Shown here piece by piece: positions 31,282 to 42,452 of a stretch of 64,000 nucleotides of DNA. The stretch spans positions 40,572 to 104,571 of the forward strand of contig CBDCWS010000001.1 in assembly GCA_965223425.1 (NCBI GenBank). The letters are read 5' to 3'. The stretch's first letter is position 1; the number at the start of each line of letters is the position of its first letter. The stretch comes from Nitrosopumilus sp. (GTDB taxonomy: Archaea; Thermoproteota; Nitrososphaeria; Nitrososphaerales; Nitrosopumilaceae). The translations under genes were made by a program, and so were the position numbers. Below the pieces are notes generated by a model. It ran no database searches. It was not told where the DNA came from and saw only the letters and a list, made by a program, of their open reading frames with translations.

Positions 31282-31304
31282 CGTCCACGGGACTTAGTAC
31301 CTAC

Positions 31305-31334
31305 CGATTAGCCAAATCGCGGTTTGGCTAATCG
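31305..31334. repeat. Intergenic palindrome
   Basis: CGATTAGCCAAA-TCGCGG-TTTGGCTAATCG. Confidence 0.65.
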
Positions 31335-31365
31335 ATAACAAGTCTTGACAAGGGAACTAATAAAA

Positions 31366-33621
31366 ATGCGAATAAATATCCTTATGACTGTTTTCATTAC
31401 CTCAATCGGAATGCTGCTCTCTATATACACATCAATGGTATTTGCAGTAGACCCTCAACCCGCTAATGGGAACAGTCCGAAAACCAAAGATGAACAGAGC
31501 CGTCAAATCAAGATAGAAGTCGAACGTCTGAAAATGGAACTCGCAGAAAACCTAATGAAAAAGAAACTCGTTGAACTTGAAAATCTCAAGGCGATGATGA
31601 TGGAGGCAAACAACATTGTCACCGTCTCTGAAGTCAATAAAGCCGAGGAGGATTATGAAACTGCCGTCTCCGACTATGAACAAGCGAAACTAACGCTGCA
31701 ACAGGTGGAACTCGACTCGCTCCAAGATGAATGGCATATCACCGTCGAAAACACAAACTTGTATGAATCTGCCGATGGAAAGGAAACCTTCTCGATCACC
31801 TTGCGGAATAGTTCATCGCCTGTCAAGCTCGTTGAAAGTTCCAAAGTGCTGGAAAGAGATATTATCATCAGCGCACAGATCGATGACATCTTCGTCTCGA
31901 TTAAAGAACAGGAAGATTTTGGCTCAAGTGGCGCGATTATAGCCGAACCTTATGAACAACGAATTCCGACGCTCAAAGAGGGTGAATCCATTACGTTGGT
32001 GTTTGAACTCATAAAAGAGAACGTGCAAGATGTCGTCGTAGAACTGGAATACTCGGATCGTGTTGAAGATCACAATATTCACCTCAAACAGGAGGATCCG
32101 TATATTTCCGTCGTATCCGCACGGCGATATAAGGAAGGCGACCGGCGGCGTTTGGAAGTTGTCCTTACCTACGGTGCACTGAATGGCGAAATGGAAAAAA
32201 CAGACACTAACACCGCACAAGAAATCAATAACGTTTATGTCTCCATTAAAGACGACACGGACGCAATCATCGGATTCCCTTACGAATACCGCATCCCAAA
32301 CCTGAAAGATAAGCAAGAAAAAATACTCGATTTTGAACTCCGGCGAAATGTCGATAGTCTTACTGTTAATCTTAGGTACCTCGACACCGACCATCCCTAT
32401 AACATCCACTTAGAAGAGGACACACGCCACATCTCTATCCTCAGTGCGAAGAAGTTTCGCGTCGAGAACCAGATGATGGTGACAATTCAACTCAAGAACA
32501 CCTCCACGACGGAGGCGATGCCGAGCAATGCTACCCCCGAAGAGATCGCAGCAGCGAATGAGATTCGCGGCATTTATGTCTCCTTACTCGATGTCACCGA
32601 CGACACAAACATCGTCAAACCGTATGAAGAGAAAATCCAAGTTATCGGCTACAACGAAACCGTGGAATTGACGTTCCAACTCCAGAAAGATGTCGAGAGC
32701 CTCAAGGTATCACTGGATTACCCCGAACTCGCCGAACCCGATACACGACTCATCTATTTACAAAAAGAATCCGCATTGGATGTCGTAAACGTTAGTTCGC
32801 TACGCTTCTCGCAAGAGGGAAACTTGGGGAGCAGTGTCACCTACGACTTAACGCTCGATCGGTTGGCAGAAACGGAGAATACATTCCAACTACGCGTCAT
32901 TAACCTACTCAACCGACTCTCTTATGAATTCCAAGACCCCGAGACGAAATCTCGGCAGTCTCAGGTGAAGTTCACGCAAGAACAGTCGAAACGGAATCTG
33001 TCCCTGATTGTCTACCTACCGGAAGAATTGGATGCCTCCTATCTCGACAGCACGCTTGAATTCTATGTCGCTGTCCTTGACGAAGCCGAAGCAACCGAAC
33101 TCGGCGGTGTCAACAACCGGTTGGACCTCCCTGCGGATAGGATTGCAAGTATACAAGGCGGTGTCGAGCGGTTTGAACTGATTCCAAAAGGTGTTCCAGA
33201 GATTGAGGTATTTGTGCCGAATGCGTTCCAGACTATCAAAATCGGGGAAGCGGTCAACATGACAGCGACGCTACAGAACATCGGCACCCGCGACCTCGTC
33301 GATATTCGCATGCTCGTCGATGTCAACACCGATTGGAAATACATCGTTACGCCAGAAGTTATCGGTTCGCTCAAACGGAATGAGGAAAAAGAGATACAGT
33401 TAACGCTGAGTCCACCTGCGGACATCGGGGTCGGTGAATATCAGGCGAAGTTGAACGCTGAAGTCACAGTGGATAACCGAAAATTTGAGGCACGCGATCG
33501 GTCAATCACCGTGCAGATCAAGTCAAAGACGCAAATGTCGGTGACGACCCTGCTCTTCGGCGCGTTAATACTCCTCATGATTGCGATTGTCATTGTCACA
33601 ATCCGCATTAGTAGACGTTAG
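31366..33621 (+). CDS. Membrane-anchored periplasmic protein with internal Ig-like repeats and a NEW3-like domain
   Basis: Signal peptide, coiled coil, 3 repeats (I..VYVSI..PYE.RI..L..L.FEL), NEW3-like C-terminal domain, C-terminal TM ending ISRR. Confidence 0.8.
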   Translation: MRINILMTVFITSIGMLLSIYTSMVFAVDPQPANGNSPKTKDEQSRQIKIEVERLKMELAENLMKKKLVELENLKAMMMEANNIVTVSEVNKAEEDYETAVSDYEQAKLTLQQVELDSLQDEWHITVENTNLYESADGKETFSITLRNSSSPVKLVESSKVLERDIIISAQIDDIFVSIKEQEDFGSSGAIIAEPYEQRIPTLKEGESITLVFELIKENVQDVVVELEYSDRVEDHNIHLKQEDPYISVVSARRYKEGDRRRLEVVLTYGALNGEMEKTDTNTAQEINNVYVSIKDDTDAIIGFPYEYRIPNLKDKQEKILDFELRRNVDSLTVNLRYLDTDHPYNIHLEEDTRHISILSAKKFRVENQMMVTIQLKNTSTTEAMPSNATPEEIAAANEIRGIYVSLLDVTDDTNIVKPYEEKIQVIGYNETVELTFQLQKDVESLKVSLDYPELAEPDTRLIYLQKESALDVVNVSSLRFSQEGNLGSSVTYDLTLDRLAETENTFQLRVINLLNRLSYEFQDPETKSRQSQVKFTQEQSKRNLSLIVYLPEELDASYLDSTLEFYVAVLDEAEATELGGVNNRLDLPADRIASIQGGVERFELIPKGVPEIEVFVPNAFQTIKIGEAVNMTATLQNIGTRDLVDIRMLVDVNTDWKYIVTPEVIGSLKRNEEKEIQLTLSPPADIGVGEYQAKLNAEVTVDNRKFEARDRSITVQIKSKTQMSVTTLLFGALILLMIAIVIVTIRISRR

Positions 33622-33631
33622 AGAAAAACAC

Positions 33632-34993
33632 ATGAAAATTGTAATGAACAAAAGATTGACGGCACTTGCAGTCTGTTTATTTTTTAGTATTGCAGGTGCC
33701 GTTTCAGCGCAGCGACTCGTCTCGCTTCAGCCAAAACGCGCAATAGAACTCGCTTTACAAAATAACGAAGCGGTAAAAAAAGCAGAGAAAGTGGTAGAAC
33801 GCGCCAAGGCGAACCTTCGCGTGTCCAAAGCCGTTTACCTACCACAAATAGGGCTCACCGGCGAATATCAACGCCAAAAGGATGGCGATATCGACGAGAG
33901 AGATTATCTCACTCGCGCACAGATGAGCATGCTCTTCGCACAATTCGGCGAGATTCCCCAAGGACTTGATGACGCCCAGGAAGAGATGCGTAAAGCCGAA
34001 ATTGAATACGAACGCGTGAGAAAAGAGAGTGTTCACACCGTTCGGAATCTCTGGAATAATATTATTCTCACACAAGAAGAGATTGAAGAACGCGGTGCGA
34101 TTGCCGCGGAACTTGAGAAAAAACTCGAAGGCACACAAATCAAACAAACCCAAAAGCGGATCCCGTTCCTCAGTCAACTCAACACGGAACTTGAATTGTC
34201 GGAACAGCAACTCGCACTCAACACACTCCAGCGACAACTCGATGTAGACACCGCCGAACTCATCAGTCTCATTGGACTCGACCCACTGGTACAGGTCATC
34301 CTTTCACAGTCGCTCCCTGACGATGACGTGACATTGGAAGCTGCCGTTGAACTCGCACTCATCAGCAACCTTGACCTGCGCGACTTACAAGGTGACATCG
34401 CCCGCCAAGAACGTCTTGCTGGAGAGACAATCTGGTATCGAATCCCTGAACTCTCAGCTGCAGCGCGCTACAAAGATTTTGGCGTGCAGTTGGAACAGCA
34501 TCAACAGAACCAGACGTGGGACGCAAAAGCCTTCTACGATCCAGTGATACTTGACCGCGGACAAGATGTACGCCATCAAGACGGATGGGAACTGCGTTTC
34601 AACCTCAATATTCCGCTATACGATGGGAACAAGACGAGGCATCTCCGCTCCCGAGAACTCGCCGAACTTGAGTGGCTCCAGTTGGAATACATCGAAAAAA
34701 CGAAGTCAATCCGTGTAGAGGTACGACGTGACTACCGTGCGGTCACAAATGCGAAAGAACGGATGGAGATCGAGGAAAAGCGTGTGAGAATCCGTGAGCA
34801 ACATTTACGGACAATAGAGCGCGTGCTTGATGAAGTCACAGTTGAAATACCCGGTTATCAAAGTTTGACTTACAACGACGCCTTTCAAACACAAGCCCAA
34901 TTTACGGAGGCACAACGCGTCTATTACCAGACGCGTCGAGACTATGCAAAGGCAAAGGAACGACTCCGAGAAACAATGCAATGGATCGAATAA
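33632..34993 (+). CDS. TolC-family outer-membrane efflux protein
   Basis: AIELALQNNE, YLPQIGL, LNIPLYDGNK repeat architecture. Confidence 0.85.
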   Translation: MKIVMNKRLTALAVCLFFSIAGAVSAQRLVSLQPKRAIELALQNNEAVKKAEKVVERAKANLRVSKAVYLPQIGLTGEYQRQKDGDIDERDYLTRAQMSMLFAQFGEIPQGLDDAQEEMRKAEIEYERVRKESVHTVRNLWNNIILTQEEIEERGAIAAELEKKLEGTQIKQTQKRIPFLSQLNTELELSEQQLALNTLQRQLDVDTAELISLIGLDPLVQVILSQSLPDDDVTLEAAVELALISNLDLRDLQGDIARQERLAGETIWYRIPELSAAARYKDFGVQLEQHQQNQTWDAKAFYDPVILDRGQDVRHQDGWELRFNLNIPLYDGNKTRHLRSRELAELEWLQLEYIEKTKSIRVEVRRDYRAVTNAKERMEIEEKRVRIREQHLRTIERVLDEVTVEIPGYQSLTYNDAFQTQAQFTEAQRVYYQTRRDYAKAKERLRETMQWIE

Positions 34994-35027
34994 AATACTA
35001 TTCATAATCACACATAGGGAGAAAAAA

Positions 35028-35645
35028 ATGAGAAATCCTCTAACGATACACACTGAAATCAAGCATTTCGATGAACAGGAATTTGTCACACGTGCTCAAA
35101 ATGGTGATGCCGAGGCGTTTAATCCACTTGTAAACAAATATCAGCACAAAATCTATAACTTGATTTACCAACAGCTTCGCGACCGAGAAACAGCAGAAGA
35201 TCTCAGTCAAGAAGTTTTTCTGAAGGCGTGGCGAGCGCTGCCGGACCTCAAAGACCAGTCTATATTCTATACTTGGATTTACAAAATCGCTGTTAATTGT
35301 TGTATTGATTACATCCGGAAACGAAAAAGGCAATTTGTTTATGCGTGCGAGGAATTGCCAGAAAATCCAGACGATGTTCTGCCGATGCTCCAGACACAGC
35401 CATCGCCTTGTGAAATCCTTGAGAAAGAGGAACTCGGAGAGATTATCCGCAGAGCGGTGCATAAACTACCATCTGGACAGCGCAGTGCGTTCCGTTTGCG
35501 GTACTTTCAAGAAATCCCAATAAAAGAGATTGCCGTGCGTATGAACAGGACGGAAGGCACGATTAAAACGCACCTGCACCACGCACGTCGAAATCTCCGA
35601 AATATGTTGCTTCCTTATCTCCAAGATGAACCGATTGCATGGTAA
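35028..35645 (+). CDS. ECF sigma-70 factor
   Basis: AEDLSQEVFLKAW, FYTWIYKIAVN, IKEIAVRMNRTEGTIKTHLHHAR. Confidence 0.9.
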   Translation: MRNPLTIHTEIKHFDEQEFVTRAQNGDAEAFNPLVNKYQHKIYNLIYQQLRDRETAEDLSQEVFLKAWRALPDLKDQSIFYTWIYKIAVNCCIDYIRKRKRQFVYACEELPENPDDVLPMLQTQPSPCEILEKEELGEIIRRAVHKLPSGQRSAFRLRYFQEIPIKEIAVRMNRTEGTIKTHLHHARRNLRNMLLPYLQDEPIAW

Positions 35646-35708
35646 TGATTTGCTATCACTTCAGACAATGCTGTTGGAGTCTATCACTTGATTAAGTGTG
35701 CATCCTGC

Positions 35709-36480
35709 TTATCGCTTTCCATCTTTGAATCGTGCGATTGCGCCACGTTCAGCGAGTTCTGCTTTTGCGTAGTGTGCGGGCCTCTGTGAGGATTTCCAGC
35801 GTCCTGCGACTTGCATATCAACGACGGTTGCGCCGGCTTGTGCGAGTGAGATGGCTGATCCGACGCGTAGGGAATGCCCGGAGATAAAACCTTCCACGCC
35901 AGTATGTGCGCGTTTCTGAATAATACGCCGTGCGGAGACAGTTGTGAGGCGTTCCGACTGGACGTGCCCACCGCGACGGATATGACGGAACACCGCACCG
36001 CGCGTGATCTCTGCACGTTCGCGATACTGCTTTAGGAGCTCACGGGTATTCTCACAGACATACAGCGTTTCGCCCGCACCCTCTTGATCGGTTTTTGACG
36101 ATCGGAGCGTAAGCGTACTGCCTTTGAAGTCACCGACGTTCACAGCCACTACCTCAGAGATCCGCAACAGACAATCGCTCATCAGCCGGATCATCACCGA
36201 ATCCCGCAGTCCGATAAGCGTGCCTTCCGTTTCCGCATAGATACAGACCCTTTCCACATCCTGCCATATCAACCCGTCTACCTGTCCGCGTCCTCTGTCC
36301 TTACCCTCTCTGCGGATACCCGCCAGTGTCGCCTGCGTGATAGGGAAGTTGAGGGTTTCCTGTGATTGGTGTTTGAGTTGCCACTTCACTGCGGCGACGA
36401 GCTGTCCGATCGTTGCCGGGGATTTGCCGTTATCGTGCAGGCTGGTGATGTATTTGAAAGCAAATAGCGTTGTATAAACG
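35709..36480 (-). pseudogene. Cre-like tyrosine recombinase, N-terminus replaced by AT-rich DNA, catalytic domain intact
   Basis: LLRISE, SKTDQ, GHSLRVG, GRW, HYA; the ORF-track N-terminus lies in unrelated AT-rich sequence. Confidence 0.8.
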
Positions 36481-36951
36481 CTTTTATATAACGCTAAAAA
36501 CACAGATTTAGATACGAGTTTTTGTGGTTTTTGAAAATAACAGGGAAGGCAGAGACCTAATTCTGTTTGCCCGTTTTTTCGGTGTATTTTATATGTAGGG
36601 ACAATAGATAATTTCGGAATTGACATTTAATTTGAAGATAAAGAAGGGGACAAATCTCAAAAAGGTAGGAATCATGAATGGATAGAAATCAACGAGGGTT
36701 TTCATAAGTTAATCAAAGATGAATTTACTGAAATATATGAGAGTATGCCGAATGAAAAGGAATATGATAAATAGTCAAGATTGTAACTTATTGATATTAT
36801 CGATGCATTCAAGAAACGCTTGTGAATCGCCATCAAAGCCTCCGACTCCTATTCGGCTTGTTTTAACAGCAGACGGCTTTACTGCTCAGAAAACGTTCAT
36901 TTTGAAATAGTAGACACACACGAAGTTTATAGATGCTGTCGGGGGAATGTT

Positions 36952-37449
36952 ATGCGACTTTCAGATCGCTGTGTACACATCGCTATTATATTCTATCTAC
37001 TGATAAGCATAGGTTGCTCGGAGTCTGCGGTACCGGAGGATTCCGTTTTGTTGATTCAAATACGGCTTCGAGGTCCATATTCTGAAACTCATACAGCATT
37101 TTACGAACACATTGATAAATATCTTCAACTCAAGGAGACGCATCCAGCGTTAGCATTAGAGGAGCTGAAGAAAGCTGTATGGATCCAGTATGAAGGGCAT
37201 CCGAAGTCCCACGAATATCTGATCCTGTTATTTAAGTTGGACACCGCAGGTAAAGCAACACTCCCACAGACACTGGCAGGCAACAAACTCGTCCTTGAAA
37301 TGGTGGTTGACAACGGTTTTTCCGATGAGATAATCCGGCTTCAGAGACGATCGGTGGAAAGAGATGAGCAACGCATCCGAGCTTTGAAAGCCGAAGGAAA
37401 AGATCCCGACGGACAATATTTTAGGTTTATTTTATTTCCAACACACTAG
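36952..37449 (+). CDS. Putative lipoprotein
   Basis: Lipobox-like SIGC after a hydrophobic stretch. Confidence 0.6.
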   Translation: MRLSDRCVHIAIIFYLLISIGCSESAVPEDSVLLIQIRLRGPYSETHTAFYEHIDKYLQLKETHPALALEELKKAVWIQYEGHPKSHEYLILLFKLDTAGKATLPQTLAGNKLVLEMVVDNGFSDEIIRLQRRSVERDEQRIRALKAEGKDPDGQYFRFILFPTH

Positions 37450-37615
37450 GCGTCTTGGATGTTATTCTCAATAAACTGTCTCTTTTTTGATTCAACTGCC
37501 AAAAACAAGTCAAACTCAGTCCTCAATGAGCGATACGCCGTTGGATGTGACCTGCCTCCGATCTCTTTGTGTCTTCCACATACCCTCAGCTTCGAGATAA
37601 GGCAATTTATAGTCT

Positions 37616-37810
37616 TCAATTTTTTGTGAGAAAACTATTTCTCCTGAGATGGATTTCACCGGCAATGGAGCGCAATTTTAGCAACGGTCCGCCGCCATTA
37701 ACCATTCCCTTTAAGACACCTCTGTTAGGTTGAACGGGAAAGTCGCTTGATATGTTGCCTTGCGTTTGGGCATCTACGCTAACTGCGATACCCGGATGGA
37801 GCGCGACATC
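37616..37810 (-). pseudogene. DUF4097-like C-terminal remnant
   Basis: SGGEIDV..VDAQTQGNISSDFPV..LKGMVNGGGPLLKLRSIAGEIHL. Confidence 0.5.
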
Positions 37811-38009
37811 TATCTCTCCACCACTGGACGTGTGGCACTTCTTACGCCCGATACGACTCGATTCGGTTAAGTTCACAAGAAAGGAAGGATATGATGTCAA
37901 TATTAAGACGATCAACACTTCTTATGTTCACGCTGATACTACTCCTGCTCATCTGATGCATAATATGAGCGTGCAGGCGATTCTCGAAAGGATTTTTTGG
38001 ATGTTTCTA

Positions 38010-38429
38010 ATGAAAAGAATTGTACTATTCATAATTTTGTTGTTTAGTTTTTCAATGATCTCTTTAGCGGATAACGCCAGATTAGAAGCACAGATAGATG
38101 CTAAGCAAGATGTCAACGAAACTGTATGGGCTTTGACTGGGTTTTCGGTCCCATTACTTATTGGTGGCTATTATATGGCTGGTGGTACGACAGGCGGTAC
38201 AATCTCATATAGTGTGTTTGTTCCGGGTGTGTTGGTTGGCGTGAGTACCCACTATTATCCGATTTCGCCTCAATCTGACCGATTTTTAGGGAAATCGCCG
38301 GCTTATGTCTCGGCGTATGTAGCCGCTTATGAATCCGAAGTCAAATCACTTCGGCGGCGGTCTCTACTTTGGGGCTTTGGATCGGGCGTTGGCTTGTTGA
38401 TTGTTTTAAGAGCGATGGGGATTCTATAA
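38010..38429 (+). CDS. Membrane/secreted hypothetical protein
   Basis: MKRIVLFIILLF signal peptide; P..RFLGKSP.YV..Y..AY motif; C-terminal TM. Confidence 0.6.
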   Translation: MKRIVLFIILLFSFSMISLADNARLEAQIDAKQDVNETVWALTGFSVPLLIGGYYMAGGTTGGTISYSVFVPGVLVGVSTHYYPISPQSDRFLGKSPAYVSAYVAAYESEVKSLRRRSLLWGFGSGVGLLIVLRAMGIL

Positions 38430-38538
38430 TTGTACTTTTTTGCGCATGCTACTTCGTGGAGATGTTCGAGAAATCTGTTAAAGCAGCTTCAAAGATTTTA
38501 GGATTCAAGTCCAGGCTGCTAACACGGAAGGTGTTATT

Positions 38539-39971
38539 ATGAATTTGGTTTTGCAGTTTTCGGAAGCGGATATTGGTTACTGGGCAAGTGTGTATAGCGG
38601 TGTTTGGACGCGTCGGCAGCGTGAAAGAGAAGATCATCTTATGGGGCTTGTCGATGAGATTCAAAAGTGTGGCGAGATGACGAGTAAAGAATTGGGTGAT
38701 GTGCAGAGGTGGAAGTCTCCGCGTGGGATTAAGCTTTTAGATGATAACACGGATTCGGAGATTCGTGCAATTACCAGAGATGCGTTTGATGCTACGGACG
38801 ACTGGAAGAAATTATCGCTCCTAACGGCTCTTAGCGGGATGCGTGTGCCTCGTGCGTCTGTCGTATTGCATTTATATGATAAAAAGCCGTTTCCGATGGC
38901 AGATCGGTACGCCAAGAAATCTATCGGTTTTTCCGGTAGTTATACACAACGCTTTTGGCGGTCGTATTGCGAATTTACGCGTGATATTGCTAATAGGAAC
39001 GGTATTATAGTGAAGCCCAGAAATAAGTTAGCATATTCTAAGATTTATGCTATCCTCTAAGTCTTATGAGCTATTCAACAGATTTACGCAAACGCGTCCT
39101 CGACTTCGTTAGCAGTGAGGGCAGCATCGCAGAAGCCTCACGAAGATTCGGTATCTCTCGAACCTGCATCTATAAGTGGTTGAATGCTGAAGACCCCTTC
39201 AGCTGTAAAAAGCCGGGACCCCGAGGCCCCCGATCCATTGATTATGATGCGCTCAAAGCACATGTCGCTGATTTTCCAGATGCCACACAAATTGAGCGTG
39301 CGACTCACTTTGGCGTCTCGAAGCATTGTATCTGGTACGCACTGAAAAAACTCAATATCACTCGAAAAAAAAACGGCGGACGTACAAAGAACAATGCCCG
39401 CTGAAACGAGAAGCCTATCTCTCCTGGCTTCAGTTAGAAACCGATGTGCGCGGCAAAACACCCGTTTATATTGATGAGACGGGTTTCGCCACATCAGGTT
39501 TCCGTGAGTACACCTATGCGCTGAAAGGGGTTGCTGTCGCAGATCAGGTGTCAGGGAATCGGTATAGGCGGACCTCCTTGATTGCAGCTCGGATTGCCGA
39601 GTGTTTTACAGCACCCGTGCTTTTTGAGGGTGCCTGTGAGAGTCTTGCCTTTAACGCATGGATTGATCAGATGCTATGTCCGTTGCTTGATGACAGGCAC
39701 GTTGTGATTATGGATAATGCCTCCTTCCACAAGGGTTCACAGACAGCAGCGTTGATCAGGGGTTGCGGTGCGAGTTTGCTATTTTTACCCCCCTACTCGC
39801 CGGAGTTGAACCCGATTGAGAAGGATTTCGCCAACCTGAAGCGGATGCGTCAATACAACGCAGAAGCAACGCTTGATGAAATCATAAAAGTGTATCAGTA
39901 ATTATGGGCTTTACTATAATATGCGTACGTTGGATAGGGCATTGTGGGCTTGGGGCTGGTATCACAGTTAA
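38539..39971 (+). pseudogene. HhH-glycosylase-like protein split by IS630
   Basis: Excising the IS and one TA restores NRNGI-NMRTLDRALWAWG; motif LSGMRVPRASVVLH. Confidence 0.65.
39006..39918 (+). mobile_element. IS630-family element (TA target), orfs 39066-39404 and 39326-39901 joined at an A-run
   Basis: TA-TAGTGAAGCCCA...TGGGCTTTACTA-TA; YIDETGF, DNASFHK, YSPELNPIE. Confidence 0.9.
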
Positions 39972-40074
39972 TCTTTAACCGCGCGTGCTGATCTGCTGCC
40001 GCCTCCCATCCTGAAACTTTGAACACAAATTTGCGAAGAAGAGAGACGAATAAAGATCAAGTTGGATAGAAAAT

Positions 40075-41181
40075 TCAAGCACTATTTGTGAGGGCACTCA
40101 ACACAGATCCGAGTTGCTTCGTAAGGTATGGAGATTCCTGTCCCACTTTACTTAGCGACTCCATCAATGGAAAAGCAGACCCGTGCCAGTCTCCGTTCCT
40201 GTCGTTCACCTGTCTCCCTATCACGATCCCCGGACCTCGGGTGAAGCTCTTAAGTCGGTCAATACCTTCCTCAATGATGTCCTTGGGAAGGGGTTTTCCT
40301 CTTCGCCGGGACCACTCCACGAGGTAATGGAGGCCTCGCAGGATGTCATATTCGAAAAAGCGGGGAAAAAACGGCTTCAGCCATTCTGGATTTATAACAC
40401 TCCCACCTTCCTTTGAACAAACCAACCGATGCTCAATCAGGTATCGCGCTCCATTATCGAGGAATCTCTTCTCCGCAGCCGTGTAGTCTCGATCTGTGAA
40501 AAACAACACGGCCTCCAGGGGTGGCAGACTTGATACGATCGAACTCTTACCCGACTTCAGATAAGCGTCCGGCTCACAGTTTAGCCCTCCATCTGAAAGT
40601 TGGTGCTTTAGGAACCACCTTCTGATCCATGGCAGGTCTGCCTCTGTATCGCATCCACAGGTAGAAAGGATCATATAGAACACGCCCAGTTCACAGTGAC
40701 AGCAGTCCATTTTTTTCTTATCTGCTTCAGTCTGTGGAGCATCATGTTCGGTAATAACGAACTCCTGCCAGGCTCCATGCTTGAGCTGCTCCAACGCGCT
40801 GTCGACAGCTGACCGGGGAATCCGCGCGACCTCCCCCATTTCGTAAAGAATAGCCAGCTGCCACCACGGTCCGTCCCATTTCCTTCTGCTCCCGCGGTCC
40901 GGGACTGAGAATGCGCCTTCGGACGATATCACCTCAACTGCTGACTCGATTGCGTTGTCCATGTTGACCCCTTTGTCTGCGAATACTTGGGCATATTCCT
41001 GTTGTGCCTTTATCAAGAATGTCAGCGGCACAAGCAAGAGACTTAATGGTTTCATAACCTCTTTATCAAAATACTCGTTCTGACGCATAATTCCTGCTTG
41101 CATCTGAAACAATGTGCTGTGTGGGTTGTGGATAACAATGCTTTCCAAGTTCTCTACACGCTCAAGATCGGATTCGCACAT
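40075..41181 (-). CDS. Prenyltransferase/terpene-cyclase-like alpha-alpha toroid protein
   Basis: KWDGPWWQL, Q..DGGLNCE, FFEYDILRGL motifs. Confidence 0.6.
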   Translation of the reverse strand: MCESDLERVENLESIVIHNPHSTLFQMQAGIMRQNEYFDKEVMKPLSLLLVPLTFLIKAQQEYAQVFADKGVNMDNAIESAVEVISSEGAFSVPDRGSRRKWDGPWWQLAILYEMGEVARIPRSAVDSALEQLKHGAWQEFVITEHDAPQTEADKKKMDCCHCELGVFYMILSTCGCDTEADLPWIRRWFLKHQLSDGGLNCEPDAYLKSGKSSIVSSLPPLEAVLFFTDRDYTAAEKRFLDNGARYLIEHRLVCSKEGGSVINPEWLKPFFPRFFEYDILRGLHYLVEWSRRRGKPLPKDIIEEGIDRLKSFTRGPGIVIGRQVNDRNGDWHGSAFPLMESLSKVGQESPYLTKQLGSVLSALTNSA

Positions 41182-41408
41182 GTATTTGCTTTTCCGTCAT
41201 GTTTTGTTCTCTCATCAATTGTTCTTTCATTGTTAGTATAACATATAAGGGGGAGGTCAAGTCAAGGTTACTTCCGGGTCAGCTTTTGACTTTTCGCTGA
41301 TGGCTGTGTCAAACGCCTTGCTCTCTCGATATACGCCAGGGGGTAAACACACAGGGGCGTGTCTTGGAGAGGGGCTTAAAAGCGATTCTCGAAAGGATTT
41401 TTTAGTGT

Positions 41409-42187
41409 TTATCCGATTTTGACAATCTCGGCTTCTGTTAGCGGTGTGTCCGGCTCGGTATCATCGCGCAGCCTGGAGAGGTCGTACCCTCTCAATGCGA
41501 GTTCCCGGAAGAGTGTTTCGTCTTGTGTTTCTTTGAGTTCAGCACCTAAAAACTGGAATGACTCTGACGTTTGTATCCTTCTGTAAGGTTCAACACCCGA
41601 CGCCATGTCCTCTAGTGCCTATCGCGCCGAAGCATAATTAATTCCGATATATTTCTGTGTGGTACTGACGTTTTCATGCCCTAAAAGCTCCTGCCCGACA
41701 TAAATGTCGCCCCTCTGCTCATACACCCGCTGTGCAAAAGACTTACGCAGTGAATACGTCGCTAGCTTACCATTCAAGCCAGCGTCCATAAAAGCCACTT
41801 TCAGCATATCGTGGGCCGTCTGCCGATTCATAGGCACCGTTCCACTTCGGTTGCGCGATGGGAATAGTGGACGGTTGGGATCAGTGGAATTGTACTGCTC
41901 GCGATGCCATTCAACCAGACTGTCAATTGCCTCTCTGCCGTCTACGTTCACTGGCACGGCTCTTGATACCTCACCGCCTTTTACGATGGAACGATCGTAG
42001 AGAAGATCCGTTACCGCAGCACCGTTCTGAAAAACGTCCCGATCTGTAGGCTTAAAAGCTCACTAATACGCCCGCCAGTACTCACACCTAACAGGAATAA
42101 ACCGCGATTGCGTACTTCGTACGTGCCGGAAAAGCATGCAGAAACCAGACGGATTTCTGTGTTGTCTAACGGTCTTGTGCCTTTCAT
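41409..42187 (-). pseudogene. Short tyrosine recombinase pseudogene (paralog of 52220-52909)
   Basis: MKGTRPL..RNRGLF.LGVSTGGRISEL; 1-bp frameshift near 42045; HxxR changed to YSLR; in-frame TAG at 41619-41621. Confidence 0.85.
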
Positions 42188-42387
42188 ATACCCTTCCCTC
42201 TCACGTTAGGGCTAATGGCATCCTGCACCGAGGTATAAAGGTGCTGCAATGCCTGAAAATAGTCCATTTCAGCATTCTGAATACGGTCGGGATCACCGGT
42301 TGCGCGCGTCTTGCGGAGTTTAGCTAAACACAACCCCAACTGGCGATTCGCATCTTCTAAGATCGTCCAGTGTATATCTGAGATCAT
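42184..42387 (-). CDS. Hypothetical protein
   Basis: ATGA overlap with the recombinase start. Confidence 0.5.
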   Translation of the reverse strand: MISDIHWTILEDANRQLGLCLAKLRKTRATGDPDRIQNAEMDYFQALQHLYTSVQDAISPNVRGKGI

Positions 42388-42452
42388 ACCTGTTTCTCGA
42401 AAAAAGCTTGCGAGAATACCCTAGAACCGATTTCTGAGCGATCAACACTCTA

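Noticed and set aside
36481-36626. N-terminus of the 305-aa recombinase ORF
   Set aside because: AT-rich sequence unrelated to a recombinase N-domain; read-through from inserted DNA.
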